64,000 nt of DNA from Acetobacter sp. CAG:977 (lineage in GTDB: Bacteria > Pseudomonadota > Alphaproteobacteria > CAAGCB01 > CAG-977), in NCBI GenBank assembly GCA_000434295.1, contig HF994934.1:140561-204560 (forward strand), written 5' to 3'. The notes below the pieces were generated by a model that saw only the letters and a program-made list of their open reading frames with translations, had not been told where the DNA came from and did no database searches. Both the position numbers and the translations under genes were made by a program. Shown here piece after piece: positions 47,356-58,808 of the stretch; within the stretch, counting starts at the first letter, position 1; each line of letters starts with the position of its first letter.

Positions 47356-48134
47356 TGGAACCGGTTACGCCCTCACTTTTTGAAGTTGCCGAAGGCATAC
47401 GCTACCGTTTTTTCACGCGCCGAAACGGAGTGTCCGAAGGGGAATATTCTTCTTTGAACTGTTCGATACAGGCGGGGGACGATCCTGCGAAGGTTCGTGA
47501 AAACATGCGCCGTGTAGCGTTAAATTTGGGCTGTACGGTAGAAAAGATATTTGTATTGCATCAAACGCATTCTTCACAGGTTATTACGGTACAAAGCCGT
47601 GAACCGTTTGAAAAGACGCCGTATGCGGACGCATTGGTTACGGATTGTTCAAACATATATTTAGGGATCAAGACGGCGGATTGTGCGCCTGTTTTGTTTG
47701 CGGACGTGGAGAATCGGGTTATCGGCGCGGCGCATGCGGGATGGCGCGGTGCTGTCGGGGGGATTTTGGAAAACACGTTGTCCGCGATGGAAGAGATCGG
47801 AGCAAAGAAAGAAAATGTTTTGGCGATGGTGGGACCGTGCATAGCACCACAGTCTTATGAAGTCGGTCAGGACATGTTTGACGAATTTTTAAAAGCGGAT
47901 GTGAAGGCGGCGTTGTTTTTCACGCCGGCGGGCAAAGGGAAATACCGTTTTGACTTGCCGGGATATGTTTTGGCACGTTTAGAGCGAGCGGGTATCGGCG
48001 CGGCGGAATGGGTCGGCAAAGACACATATTCTTCGGAACAGGATTACTTTTCTTATCGCCGTTCGTCCGAGAAGGGCGAGAAATGCGGCAGACAGCTGTC
48101 GGTTATCGGGCTTTTGGACGAATCTTTATTTTAA
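47352..48134 (+). CDS. pgeF: Purine nucleoside phosphorylase / laccase-domain protein PgeF (YfiH)
   Basis: 'TADCAPVLF', 'HAGWRG' YfiH motifs. Confidence 0.85.
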   Translation: MMEPVTPSLFEVAEGIRYRFFTRRNGVSEGEYSSLNCSIQAGDDPAKVRENMRRVALNLGCTVEKIFVLHQTHSSQVITVQSREPFEKTPYADALVTDCSNIYLGIKTADCAPVLFADVENRVIGAAHAGWRGAVGGILENTLSAMEEIGAKKENVLAMVGPCIAPQSYEVGQDMFDEFLKADVKAALFFTPAGKGKYRFDLPGYVLARLERAGIGAAEWVGKDTYSSEQDYFSYRRSSEKGEKCGRQLSVIGLLDESLF

Positions 48135-48152
48135 TCGGAGAGGAACTCAGAC

Positions 48153-49085
48153 ATGAAAATTTTTTCTGGTAACAGTAATCTTCCATTTGCGCAGGCTGTT
48201 GCCTCTTATATGGACACGACGCTGTCCAAGATATCGGTGCGCCGCTTTGCCGACAATGAAGTCTTTGTCGAGATACAGGAAACGGTGCGCGGACAGGATG
48301 TTTTTATAGTTCAGCCGACCAGCTCGCCCGTGAACGACAATTTAATGGAACTGTTAATCATGCTGGACACGTTTCGCCGCAGTTCGGCGCGGCGCATAAC
48401 GGCGGTTATACCGTATTTCGGCTATGCGCGCCAAGACCGTCGTTCGGCGCCCCGTACGCCGATTTCGGCAAAGCTGGTTGCGAATTTGATTGCTTCCGCC
48501 GGGGCAAGCCGCGTGGTCACGATGGACTTGCACGCGGGACAGATTCAGGGATTTTTCGATATTCCCGTTGATAATCTGATGGCGGCTCCGGTAATGGTCA
48601 AAGATATTATGTATAATTACCGCGACAAAACGCCGATGATTGTATCTCCCGACGTAGGCGGGGTTGTCCGTGCGCGGTCGATAGCGAAACGGTTGCACGC
48701 GGATTTGGCTATTATTGACAAACGTCGCGAACGTGCCGGAGTATCGGAAGTCATGAATATTATCGGCGACGTTTCCGGTCAGGACTGCATATTGGTTGAC
48801 GATATTGTCGATTCGGCGGGAACGCTGTGCAATGCGGCGGAAGCTTTGATGAATGCGGGAGCAAAGTCGGTTCAGGCTTATGTTACGCACGGAGTTTTGT
48901 CGGGCGATGCCGTAAAGCGCGTTGCGAAGTCTCCGTTGGAATCGCTGGTAATTACGGACAGCATAGCGGCGACGCCGGAAGTTCAGGCAACGAAGAACAT
49001 TCGGATATTGTCCGTTGCGGAATTGGTCGGAGAATCGATTTTGCGCATCAGTGAAGAACGTTCGGTAACGAGTCTGTTTTATTAA
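48153..49085 (+). CDS. prs: Ribose-phosphate pyrophosphokinase
   Basis: '[17 protein letters not shown]', PRPP-binding '[13 protein letters not shown]'. Confidence 0.95.
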   Translation: MKIFSGNSNLPFAQAVASYMDTTLSKISVRRFADNEVFVEIQETVRGQDVFIVQPTSSPVNDNLMELLIMLDTFRRSSARRITAVIPYFGYARQDRRSAPRTPISAKLVANLIASAGASRVVTMDLHAGQIQGFFDIPVDNLMAAPVMVKDIMYNYRDKTPMIVSPDVGGVVRARSIAKRLHADLAIIDKRRERAGVSEVMNIIGDVSGQDCILVDDIVDSAGTLCNAAEALMNAGAKSVQAYVTHGVLSGDAVKRVAKSPLESLVITDSIAATPEVQATKNIRILSVAELVGESILRISEERSVTSLFY

Positions 49086-49202
49086 GAAGACGCTTGCTCT
49101 TTGTTTTGAAACGGTGTAAAGCTTCATAGTTTTCCGTGTTGACGGGAAATAGGTTCAGGCACCCCTGGAGGCTGAACCGCAGTTGGTTTAAATATTAAGG
49201 AT

Positions 49203-49859
49203 TTGAAAGAAATGGCAAAAATCACATCTTTGCGCGTTAACGAGCGTAATGTGGCAGGTAAGGGGGCCGCACGCGCCGAACGCCGCGCCGGTTTGATTCC
49301 CGGTGTTATTTACGGAGAAAAGAAAGCTCCGATTATGTTTTCGATTTCGGCACTGGACTTGGATGCCCAGATGCGCCAGAAAGGTTTCTGGACGCGCCAG
49401 TTTGAAATTGAAGTCGGCAAAACCAAATGCCATGCTATTTGTCAGGACATTCAGACGGATCCCGTATCCGATCGTCCTGTTCACGTTGACTTTTTGCGTA
49501 TTTCCGGAAATACGGAAATCGTTATCGAAGTTCCCGTTATGTACGAAAACGAACTGGCTTGCCCGGGTATCAAGCTGGGCGGTTCTTTGAACGCGATTTA
49601 TCGTACGATTGAAGTTTCTTGCAAACCGAAAGACATTCCCGAAACGTTGTTTGTCGATTTGACGGGCTTGGAAATCAACGACGTTGTGAAGATGTCCGAC
49701 GTCAAGTTCCCGGCAGGTGTCAAGCCGGTTGAAGAAGAAGACGTAACGATTGCTTCTATTGCGGCGCCTTCGACGGAAACGGTTGAAGAACCTGCTCCTG
49801 CGGCGGATGCGGCTGCGACGGATGCAGCGGCGGCTTCCGGGACGCCTTCGGCTTCTTAA
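49203..49859 (+). CDS. rplY: 50S ribosomal protein L25 / general stress protein Ctc, with an Ala/Pro-rich C-terminal tail
   Basis: L25 beta-barrel N-terminus 'LRVNERNVAGKGAARAERRAGLIPGVIYG'. Confidence 0.85.
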   Translation: MKEMAKITSLRVNERNVAGKGAARAERRAGLIPGVIYGEKKAPIMFSISALDLDAQMRQKGFWTRQFEIEVGKTKCHAICQDIQTDPVSDRPVHVDFLRISGNTEIVIEVPVMYENELACPGIKLGGSLNAIYRTIEVSCKPKDIPETLFVDLTGLEINDVVKMSDVKFPAGVKPVEEEDVTIASIAAPSTETVEEPAPAADAAATDAAAASGTPSAS

Positions 49860-49875
49860 TCAAAGGATATTTGCC

Positions 49876-50457
49876 GTGTTTCTTTTTGTGGGTCTTGGGA
49901 ATCCGGGATCGGAGTATAAGGGAAATCGGCATAATACAGGATTTATGGCGGCGGACGAACTTGTCCGCCGCTATAATTTTTCTTTGTGGCGTTCCCGATT
50001 TAATGCCGAAACGGCAGAAGGGGAAATCGGCGGCGAAAAGGTTTTGCTGATTAAGCCGCAAACATTTATGAACAATTCCGGCGAATCCGTTTATGCGGCG
50101 ATGTCGTTTTATAAGCTTCCCGTCGGAAATATAGTCGTATTTCACGACGAAATGGACGTTCCCGTAGGCAAAGTCAAAGCAAAAATCGGCGGCGGCGCCG
50201 GCGGGCATAACGGATTGCGCAGCATAGATTCCAGATGCGGAACGGATTATGCGCGCGTTCGGATAGGAATCGGGCACCCTGCGGACAGAAGCTTGGTTGT
50301 GCCTTATGTATTATCGAATTTTTCCAAAGAAGAAAAAAACATTCTTGAGACGGAATTTGAAGACATAGCCGAAGCGGCACCGTATTTAATTACGGGTGGT
50401 CCGGCGGAATTTACGTCTCGTTTGGCGGTCATCCAATCAAAAAAGAAAAAAGGGTAA
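49876..50457 (+). CDS. pth: Peptidyl-tRNA hydrolase
   Basis: GTG start with an AAGGA RBS yields the canonical 'VFLFVGLGNPGSEY' N-terminus. The upstream part of the 49750 ORF is an Arg-rich artefact overlapping rplY. Confidence 0.85.
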   Translation: MFLFVGLGNPGSEYKGNRHNTGFMAADELVRRYNFSLWRSRFNAETAEGEIGGEKVLLIKPQTFMNNSGESVYAAMSFYKLPVGNIVVFHDEMDVPVGKVKAKIGGGAGGHNGLRSIDSRCGTDYARVRIGIGHPADRSLVVPYVLSNFSKEEKNILETEFEDIAEAAPYLITGGPAEFTSRLAVIQSKKKKG

Positions 50458-50461
50458 GGAC

Positions 50462-51565
50462 ATGGGATTTAATTGCGGAATCGTAGGGTTGCCGAATGTC
50501 GGAAAATCGACGTTGTTTAACGCGCTGACATCAACGATGGCGGCTCAGGCGGCGAATTATCCGTTTTGTACGATAGAACCGAACGTCGGGCGTGTCGCCG
50601 TTCCCGATTCGCGATTGGAAATTTTGTCCGAACTGGCAAAGTCTCAAAAAACGATATATACGCAGCTGGAGTTTGTTGACATTGCGGGATTGGTGCGCGG
50701 CGCGTCAAAGGGCGAAGGCTTGGGAAACCAATTTTTGGCAAATATTCGCGAAGTCGATGCGATCGTACATGTTCTGCGTTGTTTTGAAAACAATGACATT
50801 ACGCATGTGGAAGGGACGATAGATCCGGTTCGCGATGCGGAAACGATAGAAACGGAATTGATGCTGGCGGATTTGGACAGTCTGGAACGCCGCATTGTCC
50901 CGATTGAAAAGAAAGCAAAATCGGGGGAAAAAGACGCCAAAGTCCAAATGTCGGTCATGGAACCGGTATTGAATGCGTTAAGAGAGGGAAACCCCGCCCG
51001 TTTAATTACGTTTGACGACGAAGAACGTCAAAAGATTTACAAGCAACTGTTTTTATTGACGGCAAAGCCGATTTTATACGTTTGCAACGTGGACGAAGGA
51101 TCGGCGGCTACGGGGAATGCTTTTTCGGACAAAGTCTTTGAGCGGGCAAAAAAAGAAGGTAATCAGGCGGTTATTATTTCTGCCGAAATCGAATCCGAAG
51201 TCGCGCGTCTGACCGACCCCGAAGAACAAAAAGAATTTTTAGAAACGCTGGGCTTGCAGGAAACGGGATTAAACCGCGTTATTCAAGCGGGATATCGGTT
51301 ATTGGATTTGATGACGTTTTTCACGGTCGGTCCGAAAGAATCGCGGGCATGGACGATCAAAAAAGGAATGTGCGCACCGCAGGCGGCGGGCGTTATCCAT
51401 TCCGATTTTGAAAAAGGCTTTATTCGCGCCGAAATCATATCTTATGAAGACTTTGTCGAATGCAAGAGCGAAGCGCGCGCACGCGAGCTGGGCAAGCTTC
51501 GTTCGGAAGGCAAAACCTATGAAATGCAGGACGGCGATATCTGCCATTTCCTGTTTAACGTTTAA
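50462..51565 (+). CDS. ychF: Ribosome-binding ATPase YchF
   Basis: 'GIVGLPNVGKSTLFNALT', C-terminal TGS domain. Confidence 0.9.
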   Translation: MGFNCGIVGLPNVGKSTLFNALTSTMAAQAANYPFCTIEPNVGRVAVPDSRLEILSELAKSQKTIYTQLEFVDIAGLVRGASKGEGLGNQFLANIREVDAIVHVLRCFENNDITHVEGTIDPVRDAETIETELMLADLDSLERRIVPIEKKAKSGEKDAKVQMSVMEPVLNALREGNPARLITFDDEERQKIYKQLFLLTAKPILYVCNVDEGSAATGNAFSDKVFERAKKEGNQAVIISAEIESEVARLTDPEEQKEFLETLGLQETGLNRVIQAGYRLLDLMTFFTVGPKESRAWTIKKGMCAPQAAGVIHSDFEKGFIRAEIISYEDFVECKSEARARELGKLRSEGKTYEMQDGDICHFLFNV

Positions 51566-51574
51566 GGCTTAAAA

Positions 51575-52033
51575 ATGAGATTGGCGTTATATGAACCCGA
51601 CATACCGCAAAATACGGGAACGTTGATGCGGTTGGCGGCGTGCTTTGACGTTCCCGTGGATATTATCGAACCGTGCGGTTTTATTTTTGATGACAAGCGG
51701 ATGCGTCGTGCGGGGATGGATTATCTGGATATGGTAAACGTAACGCGCCACGATTCATGGGATAAATTTTTTGACGCTCATCGCGGTCGTATCGTATTGC
51801 TGACGACGAAAGGACATCGATCTTATGCGGATTTCGAATTTCGCGAAGACGACATCTTGTTGCTGGGGCGTGAAAGCGCAGGAGTTCCCGAAAACGTCCA
51901 TCAGGCGGTTGACGTACAATTAAGGATACCGATGCGTCCCGAAGCGCGTTCAATCAATGTCGCTTTGGCGGGATCGATTGTCTTGGGCGAAGCGTTGCGT
52001 CAGACGGGGCATTTTTCGAAATTATCCGTTTAA
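51575..52033 (+). CDS. trmL: tRNA (cytidine/uridine-34 2'-O)-methyltransferase TrmL (SpoU family)
   Basis: 152 aa; SPOUT motifs 'LYEPDIPQNTGTLMRLAA', 'LLLGRESAGVP'. Confidence 0.8.
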   Translation: MRLALYEPDIPQNTGTLMRLAACFDVPVDIIEPCGFIFDDKRMRRAGMDYLDMVNVTRHDSWDKFFDAHRGRIVLLTTKGHRSYADFEFREDDILLLGRESAGVPENVHQAVDVQLRIPMRPEARSINVALAGSIVLGEALRQTGHFSKLSV

Positions 52034-52695
52034 GCGCCGCGTTTTCCGAAAATAGCGGAACCGACGCGTACAAAAGTCGCTCCTTGTTGGACGGCGACGG
52101 GATAATCGTCGCTCATGCCCATGCTTAATTCTTTAACGCCGGCGTCTTTGGCAAGCTTTTTTAAAAAAGCAAAATGAGGAGCAGGTTCGTCATCAACGGG
52201 CGGAATGCACATCAGCCCGATGACATTCAGAGAATATTTTTCTTGGCAAAGCTTAACGAAACTGACGGCATCTTTGGGAGAAACGCCTGATTTTTGGGGT
52301 TCTTCTCCGGTATTGACCTGAACGAAGCAAGGCAGAAAACGATTTTGTTTTTTCATTTCCTCAGCCAGTTTTTCAGCCAATTCAGGGCGGTCAAGGCTTT
52401 CGATGACATCAAACAAAGCGACGGCTTCTTTAGCTTTGTTTGTTTGCAATCCGCCGATTAAATGCAATTTGACGTCAGGATACAGAGCTTTTAATTCCGG
52501 CCATTTTTTTTGAGCTTCCTGAACGCGGTTTTCGCCGAAGATTCGGTGGCCTTCGTTTAACAAAGGGATAATTTTATCCGCATTGTGCGTTTTTGAAACG
52601 GCGACCAAAGAAATTTCTTCGGGATTTCTTTGCGCGTCTTTTGCGGCGTTGCGAATGTTTTCAAGGACTTGGCGGTAATTTTCCGAAAGACACAT
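52030..52695 (-). CDS. yggS: PLP homeostasis protein YggS
   Basis: 'LVAVSKT' PLP-Lys motif, 'GENRVQE'. Confidence 0.85.
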   Translation of the reverse strand: MCLSENYRQVLENIRNAAKDAQRNPEEISLVAVSKTHNADKIIPLLNEGHRIFGENRVQEAQKKWPELKALYPDVKLHLIGGLQTNKAKEAVALFDVIESLDRPELAEKLAEEMKKQNRFLPCFVQVNTGEEPQKSGVSPKDAVSFVKLCQEKYSLNVIGLMCIPPVDDEPAPHFAFLKKLAKDAGVKELSMGMSDDYPVAVQQGATFVRVGSAIFGKRGA

Positions 52696-52725
52696 GCGAA
52701 AGCTCCGATAATCAGAAAGAAGGCG

Positions 52726-53928
52726 TCAGAACGACAAGTTGAACCCTGTTGAAACGGCAAGCCCTTCATTGCTTTTTCCGCGAGATTTATCTGCGGATTC
52801 ATATTCGACGTATCCGACGTTGACGAACGTTCCGATGCCGGCGCCAAGCTGGTAGTTTCCGGCGAGCTGGTAAAGGTTATATTCGTCGTCACCGTCGAAA
52901 GCGTAATTGCTTTTGGAGGAATGGAAATAGTTCAAGCTGGTTTCAAAGGGTCCGAAAGAATAGCTGATGCCGGCATCCCACGCATATCCGTTCAAATCGT
53001 TATCCAACACGGCGACGGATGATTTCGGGGCATCGACATAACGGTATGATCCGCCGAAATTCCAGTTTCCCGAACCGATATTTAAGCCGCCGGCGTATTC
53101 TTTGACGCTTTTTGTTTTTTCGCGCAGAAGGGAAATATTTCCGCCGTTATCTTCAAATGTTGCGACGAACGGTTTATAGGTTGTGAAAGAAACGCTGGAA
53201 GCGATATTAAACGCGCCGAAACTTTGTTCATATAGACCGACGGCGACCAAACCGTCTTTGAATTTTCGGTTCAAAGGGACGCTGCTTGTCGGGAACAGCA
53301 GGTTATTGTTGTCCTGACCTTTGGTACTGTTGCCGGGCAAGAAACTGACCCCTGCGGTAAATCCGGCAAAAGTCGGAGTAATGTAAGAAATTTTGGTAGA
53401 GATATCGTCAAACAAAGGATAAGTAGCGTTATGCAACGTAAACCCGTTCGGCGGGACAATAAGCTGGTCGTAATCGGAATCCTGCAAACCGATGGTACTG
53501 AAATCAGGGGCTGTGACGGACATTTGATAAGCGACATTTTTAACGTTTCCGATGATGACGCGTCCGAGAGAGGAATCGACGGTCATATAAGATTCGTCAA
53601 TGGTTTTTGATGCGGTTGAAGGATCGGTTCCCGCTTCCAACTGAACCATGGCGCCGATGACGATTCCGTTATTAAGGCGAGCTTTCCCCGAAAAGTAGAT
53701 TTCGGCGTTACCGATGACGTCAAAGCTATTATATTTTCCGATCGGGAACGGAGTTCCGAGTTCGGAAGAGACCAAAGTATCTCTTTTTTGGTTGGCATAA
53801 ACGCCGTACCATGTTACGTAGCCGCCCAAGCCCAACTGTATCGGTGCCGGAGGGGGTTGCGTTTCGGCAAGAGCCGTCGAAGCGGCCATTACGGAAGCCA
53901 GAGCGGCGGACAGTGCGATTTTTTTCAT
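52726..53928 (-). CDS. Rhizobiales outer-membrane porin (Porin_2 / Omp2-RopA-like)
   Basis: Signal peptide 'MKKIALSAALASVMAASTALA', beta-strand alternation, C-terminal Phe. Confidence 0.8.
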   Translation of the reverse strand: MKKIALSAALASVMAASTALAETQPPPAPIQLGLGGYVTWYGVYANQKRDTLVSSELGTPFPIGKYNSFDVIGNAEIYFSGKARLNNGIVIGAMVQLEAGTDPSTASKTIDESYMTVDSSLGRVIIGNVKNVAYQMSVTAPDFSTIGLQDSDYDQLIVPPNGFTLHNATYPLFDDISTKISYITPTFAGFTAGVSFLPGNSTKGQDNNNLLFPTSSVPLNRKFKDGLVAVGLYEQSFGAFNIASSVSFTTYKPFVATFEDNGGNISLLREKTKSVKEYAGGLNIGSGNWNFGGSYRYVDAPKSSVAVLDNDLNGYAWDAGISYSFGPFETSLNYFHSSKSNYAFDGDDEYNLYQLAGNYQLGAGIGTFVNVGYVEYESADKSRGKSNEGLAVSTGFNLSF

Positions 53929-54081
53929 AAAATGACTCCGAAGAAGCGTTGTTACAACTTTAAACGTAAGAAGTCTTTGTTGTAAATAAGAATTTTGACC
54001 TGCATAAAAGGCGATAAAGGATTTGGTTAAGCGGAAAAATATGTTAAAAACGAACCCGTAAAAGCATTATTAAGGCGAACA

Positions 54082-54618
54082 ATGAAAACCGAAACGGCGA
54101 GAACAGCGATAATTTTATTTCTTTTCGGCATACTGTCCGGTTGCGGTACGGTACCGGTGGAATACAAATATCCCGAAAAGGTTAAGGGCAAATACGAAAT
54201 GCCGAACGAAAGAACCGAAGCGTTAAAACAGGACAAATTGTTCGGAGCGAAAGGTTTTGACTTTTTTTCAAAAGACAAAGCGCCCGAAACCCAAATCGGG
54301 GTTAATTCGTACTTATGGCAATCTGCGTTAAAGACGCTTTCGTTTATGCCGTTGTCTTCGGCGGATCCGTTCGGCGGGGTCATTATTACGGACTGGTATT
54401 CTCCGCCGTCGTTTCCGAAGGAACGTTTTAAACTTAATGTCCTGATTTTGACGGATACGTTGCGGGCGGACGGGCTGAAAGTTACGGTTTTCAGGCAAGT
54501 TAAAGACGAAAAAAACGAATGGAAGGACATAAAATCGGATCCCGCTGTTGCACTTAGGATGGAAAATGCTATTCTAGCCGGAGCGCGGCGAATGCGCATG
54601 TCGGCAACAGGACAATAA
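54082..54618 (+). CDS. Lipoprotein (DUF3576-like), upstream of leuS
   Basis: Lipobox 'ILSGCG'; 178 aa. Confidence 0.65.
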   Translation: MKTETARTAIILFLFGILSGCGTVPVEYKYPEKVKGKYEMPNERTEALKQDKLFGAKGFDFFSKDKAPETQIGVNSYLWQSALKTLSFMPLSSADPFGGVIITDWYSPPSFPKERFKLNVLILTDTLRADGLKVTVFRQVKDEKNEWKDIKSDPAVALRMENAILAGARRMRMSATGQ

Positions 54619-54644
54619 CTTTAATTATCGAAAGCACTGTCATC

Positions 54645-57224
54645 ATGATCGAAGAACGTTTTAATTTCCGCACGACGGAAGAAAAATGGCAAAAGGAATG
54701 GGAAAAGCAAGAAGCTTTTAAAGCGTCGGAAAACAGCGACAAACCGAAATACTATGCTTTGGAAATGTTTCCGTATCCGTCGGGGAAAATCCACATGGGG
54801 CATGTGCGCAACTATGCGATGGGGGATGTTATCGCCCGTTTTAAAAAGGCTCAGGGCTATAACGTATTGCACCCGATGGGATGGGATTCTTTCGGTCTTC
54901 CCGCGGAAAACGCAGCCATCAAGCACGGAGTCCATCCTGCGAAATGGACGCGCGAAAATATTGCCAATATGCGCGAAGAAATGAAAAAGATGGGGCTTTC
55001 CATTGATTGGAGCCGCGAAGTTTCCACCTGCGAACCCGAATATTACAAGCACGAACAAAAAATGTTTTTGGATTTTTTGAAAAAGGGGCTTGCCTATCGC
55101 AAAGATTCCTGGGTGAACTGGGATCCGGTCGAAATGACGGTTTTGGCGAACGAACAGGTCGTTGACGGCAAAGGGTGGAGATCGGGCGTTCCCGTTGAAC
55201 GCAGAAAGCTGTCTCAGTGGTCGTTAAAGATTACGCAGTATGCGGACGAATTGCTGGAAGGGTTAAAGACTTTGACGGGCTGGCCCGAAAAAGTCCGCAC
55301 GATGCAGGAAAACTGGATCGGCAAATCGTACGGTGCGTATCTTTATTTCCCCGTAAAAGGGACGGATCAGACGCTGGAAGTGTTTACGACCCGTGCGGAT
55401 ACGTTGTTCGGCGCTTCTTTTTGCGCGATTTCTCCGCAACATCCGATTGCGTTGGAATTGGCTAAAACCAATCCCGAACTTGCGAAATTCATCAAGGAAT
55501 GCGAAGCGCTCGGAACCAGCGTTGCCACGATCGAAGCGGCGGAAAAGAAAGGCTTTGATACCGGATTGAAGGTTTTGCATCCCTTCCCCGAAGAATTCAA
55601 AGCGTTGGGAGGCAATCCCGAATTACCGCTGTATGTGGCGAACTTTGTTTTGATGGAATACGGAACGGGGGCGATTTTTGCATGTCCGGCGCACGATCAG
55701 CGCGACTTGGACTTTGCCCGCAAGTACGGCTTGCCCGTTCGCGTCGTCGTGGCGCATAAGGATGAAGGCATTCCCGTCGTGACGGACAAGGCTTTTGACG
55801 ACATAGAGGACGGCGTTGCCGTCAATTCGGCGTTTTTGGACGGAATGCGTACAAAAGACGCCATAAAAGCCATGATTGAACGTTTGGAAAAAATCAATCG
55901 AGGCAAGGCGACGGTTCAATACCGTTTGCGCGATTGGGGCGTATCGCGCCAGCGTTATTGGGGATGTCCGATTCCCGTCATTCACTGTGAACATTGCGGC
56001 ATTGTTCCCGTTCCCGAAAAGGATTTGCCCGTTTTGTTGCCCGAAGACGTAAAGTTTGACAAACCCGGCAATCCTTTGGAACATCATCCGACTTGGAAAC
56101 ATACGGTATGCCCCGTGTGCGGCAAGCCGGCTTTGAGAGAAACGGACACGTTTGACACGTTTTTTGAATCGTCTTGGTATTTTGCGCGTTTTTGCGCGCC
56201 GCATGAAACGGACAAGCCCTTTACCCGCGAAGCCGTAGATCGTTGGTTGCCGGTTGATCAGTATGTCGGCGGTATCGAGCATGCCGTTTTGCATTTGCTT
56301 TATGCGCGCTTTTTCACGCGAGCTTTGCGCGATTGCGGGTATCTGAGCGTATCCGAACCGTTTAAGGGGCTGTTCACGCAAGGCATGGTTTGCCACGAAA
56401 CGTACAAAGACAAGGACGGCAACTGGCTTTTCCCGACGGAAGTGGAAAAGAAAGCGGACGGAACGGCGGTAAAGATTTCCGACGGTTCGCCCGTGGAAGT
56501 CGGTCGTTCGGAAAAAATGAGCAAATCGAAATACAATCTGGTCGATCCGGAAACGATTTTAAAGACGTACGGAGCCGATGCGGCTCGTGTGTTCATGCTG
56601 TCGGACACGCCGCCCGAACGTGATTTGGAATGGACGGAAGCCGGCATAGACGGCGCGTGGCGTTATGTGAACCGCTTGTGGCGTTTGCAGCTGTCCTGCC
56701 CGCAGGAAGTTTCCGTGCCTTCGGAACTGTCTGACGCGGCGGACAAACTGATGCGCCAAACGCATAAAACGGTGGCGCTGGTCACGGAAGACTTGGACAA
56801 GCTGCGCTTCAACGTCGCTTTGGCGCGGTTGCGCGAATTGACGAATGCGATTTCCGATTTGAAGCCTTCGGACGATTCTGAAAAATGGGCGTGGAGAGTA
56901 TCGTTTGAAACGTTGGTTCGCCTGTTATCTCCGATTGCGCCGCATTTGGCTGAAGAAATGTGGCATAATTTGGGACATAACGAGCTGCTTGCGACCTACG
57001 AATGGCCGAAAGCCGACGAAGCGTTTTTGTCCGACAACAAGATTACGCTGGCCGTTCAGGTACAGGGAAAATTGCGCGGCACGATAGAAGTCCCCGCCGA
57101 TTACGACGAGGAAGAAGCCAAAAAAGCGGCTTTGGCTTTAGGTCCCGTCCAAGCGCAAATTGCCGGCAAAACGGTTCGTAAAATCATTGTTGTAAAGAAC
57201 AAGATTATCAATGTCGTTGTATAA
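54645..57224 (+). CDS. leuS: Leucine--tRNA ligase
   Basis: 'HMGH' and 'KMSKS' class-I motifs; 859 aa. Confidence 0.95.
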   Translation: MIEERFNFRTTEEKWQKEWEKQEAFKASENSDKPKYYALEMFPYPSGKIHMGHVRNYAMGDVIARFKKAQGYNVLHPMGWDSFGLPAENAAIKHGVHPAKWTRENIANMREEMKKMGLSIDWSREVSTCEPEYYKHEQKMFLDFLKKGLAYRKDSWVNWDPVEMTVLANEQVVDGKGWRSGVPVERRKLSQWSLKITQYADELLEGLKTLTGWPEKVRTMQENWIGKSYGAYLYFPVKGTDQTLEVFTTRADTLFGASFCAISPQHPIALELAKTNPELAKFIKECEALGTSVATIEAAEKKGFDTGLKVLHPFPEEFKALGGNPELPLYVANFVLMEYGTGAIFACPAHDQRDLDFARKYGLPVRVVVAHKDEGIPVVTDKAFDDIEDGVAVNSAFLDGMRTKDAIKAMIERLEKINRGKATVQYRLRDWGVSRQRYWGCPIPVIHCEHCGIVPVPEKDLPVLLPEDVKFDKPGNPLEHHPTWKHTVCPVCGKPALRETDTFDTFFESSWYFARFCAPHETDKPFTREAVDRWLPVDQYVGGIEHAVLHLLYARFFTRALRDCGYLSVSEPFKGLFTQGMVCHETYKDKDGNWLFPTEVEKKADGTAVKISDGSPVEVGRSEKMSKSKYNLVDPETILKTYGADAARVFMLSDTPPERDLEWTEAGIDGAWRYVNRLWRLQLSCPQEVSVPSELSDAADKLMRQTHKTVALVTEDLDKLRFNVALARLRELTNAISDLKPSDDSEKWAWRVSFETLVRLLSPIAPHLAEEMWHNLGHNELLATYEWPKADEAFLSDNKITLAVQVQGKLRGTIEVPADYDEEEAKKAALALGPVQAQIAGKTVRKIIVVKNKIINVVV

Positions 57225-57774
57225 ATCTTTTTTAGGAATGATTGCTGTTTTGGCTTTGTCGTCCTGCGGGTTCCGCCCGTTGTACGTCGGAGCCGAAACG
57301 GCTGATTCTTTTTCGGGAAGCCGTGTCGTTTCGGATTTGTCGACGGTTTTTATTGACGAGATTCCCGAACATACGGGACAAATTCTGCGCCGCCGTCTGG
57401 TGAGCAGAATCTCGCCGAAAGGCAATCCTGAAAATCCGAAATACGAGCTGAGCGCATATATTGTCGAAGCTTCGGAATATCAGCAAGCCATTCGTTTGGA
57501 TAATATGGCGACCCGAACGACGTTGATTTATACGGCGGAATACGTTTTAAAATCTTTCCCCGAGGGCAAGGTTTTATTAAAAGACAGAACGACCTCTCGA
57601 GCCAGCTACAACATATTGGAATCTCCGTATGCGACGGACGTTGCGGAAGAAGACGCCAAAAAAAGAATGATGGAAATTATCGGAGACAACATATCACTTC
57701 GCGTTGCGACCTATCTGAAGAATAAAGGTCACACAAAAGAAGCGGAAGAACGTCAAGACGGGGCGAATCAATGA
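57211..57774 (+). CDS. lptE: LPS-assembly lipoprotein LptE
   Basis: Lipobox 'ALSSCG'; conserved leuS-lptE-holA order. Confidence 0.75.
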   Translation: MSLYKSFLGMIAVLALSSCGFRPLYVGAETADSFSGSRVVSDLSTVFIDEIPEHTGQILRRRLVSRISPKGNPENPKYELSAYIVEASEYQQAIRLDNMATRTTLIYTAEYVLKSFPEGKVLLKDRTTSRASYNILESPYATDVAEEDAKKRMMEIIGDNISLRVATYLKNKGHTKEAEERQDGANQ

Positions 57775-58793
57775 CGAAACTGACCCAAACGGGTTTTTCG
57801 GCGTTATTGTCAAAAGAAGATCCGTCCGTCAAGGCGGTTCTTTTTTACGGTCAGGACGAAGGCTTGATAGAAGAATGCCGGCAAAAGCTGACGGCTTCTG
57901 TAGTTCCCGATTCCAAAGACCCGTTTCGGATTGTCGATTTAACTCAGGCTCAGGCCAAAGACGACATTGCCGTTTTATATGACGAAGCCAACGCCGTTTC
58001 TTTAATGGGGGGACGGCGGGTCATCCGTTTCAGAAACGTTGACAACAACTTTACGCCTGTAATGAAAGAGTTTCTGTCGGATTATAAAGGGGACAGCCTG
58101 ATTATTCTGACAGGGGGCAATCTGACGACGAAAGGGTCTTTGCCTCAGCTGTTTGAAAAAGCGTCGAATGCCAAAGTTATGGCATGTTATCCCGACGAAG
58201 GCGGCGCTTTGAAACAGTTTGTGTATCAAACGTTACAGGAAAACGGATTTGATGCGACTCCGGAAGCGCTGAATTTTATTTCCGATAATTTAGGGGCGGA
58301 CAGGCTGCTTTCGCGTTCGGAATTATCGAAACTGATGGCATATATGGGGCGTGAAACCGCCATATCGATAGAAGATGCGATGGCGTGCATCGGCGATGCA
58401 TCGGCATTATCGACGGATCAGATGATTTATGCAATGGCGGACGGGGATCAAACCGTTTTGCATGAAACGTTGGATCGCCTTTATGCGGAAGGCGAACTGC
58501 CGATAACGTTGTTGCGATCGGCTTGCAATCATTTTAAACGGCTGCACGTTGTCGTTTCAAAAGTCCAAAACGGGACAGATGTTGATACGGCGATGCGTTC
58601 GCTGTTTCCTCCGGTTCATTTTAAGCGTACGGCGGATTTTAAACGTCAGATAAGGTTATGGAACACGAATAAAATATCCAGAGCCTTGGAGCTGTTGGTT
58701 GAAGCAGAACGGGAATGCAAGCGTGCGGGACGACCGCAGGATTTGATTTGTGCGCGAGTTTTTTTGCAAATAGCGGCGCAGGCGAAACGTTAA
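57771..58793 (+). CDS. holA: DNA polymerase III delta subunit
   Basis: 340 aa, delta-subunit family, conserved position after lptE. Confidence 0.8.
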   Translation: MTKLTQTGFSALLSKEDPSVKAVLFYGQDEGLIEECRQKLTASVVPDSKDPFRIVDLTQAQAKDDIAVLYDEANAVSLMGGRRVIRFRNVDNNFTPVMKEFLSDYKGDSLIILTGGNLTTKGSLPQLFEKASNAKVMACYPDEGGALKQFVYQTLQENGFDATPEALNFISDNLGADRLLSRSELSKLMAYMGRETAISIEDAMACIGDASALSTDQMIYAMADGDQTVLHETLDRLYAEGELPITLLRSACNHFKRLHVVVSKVQNGTDVDTAMRSLFPPVHFKRTADFKRQIRLWNTNKISRALELLVEAERECKRAGRPQDLICARVFLQIAAQAKR

Positions 58794-58808
58794 GGAGCAG
58801 AATGAAAG

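Noticed and set aside
49086-49202. Hairpin GGTTCAG...CTGAACC upstream of rplY/ctc examined as possible tRNA or riboswitch
   Set aside because: No cloverleaf, no T-loop GTTCRA motif; probably a simple leader stem. No tRNA-like sequence was found anywhere in the window.
49750-49875. 5' extension of the pth ORF encoding an Arg/Leu-rich peptide overlapping rplY
   Set aside because: The canonical Pth N-terminus (VFLFVGLGNPG) begins at the GTG at 49876 with a good RBS; the extension is an out-of-frame read-through of the rplY 3' end.
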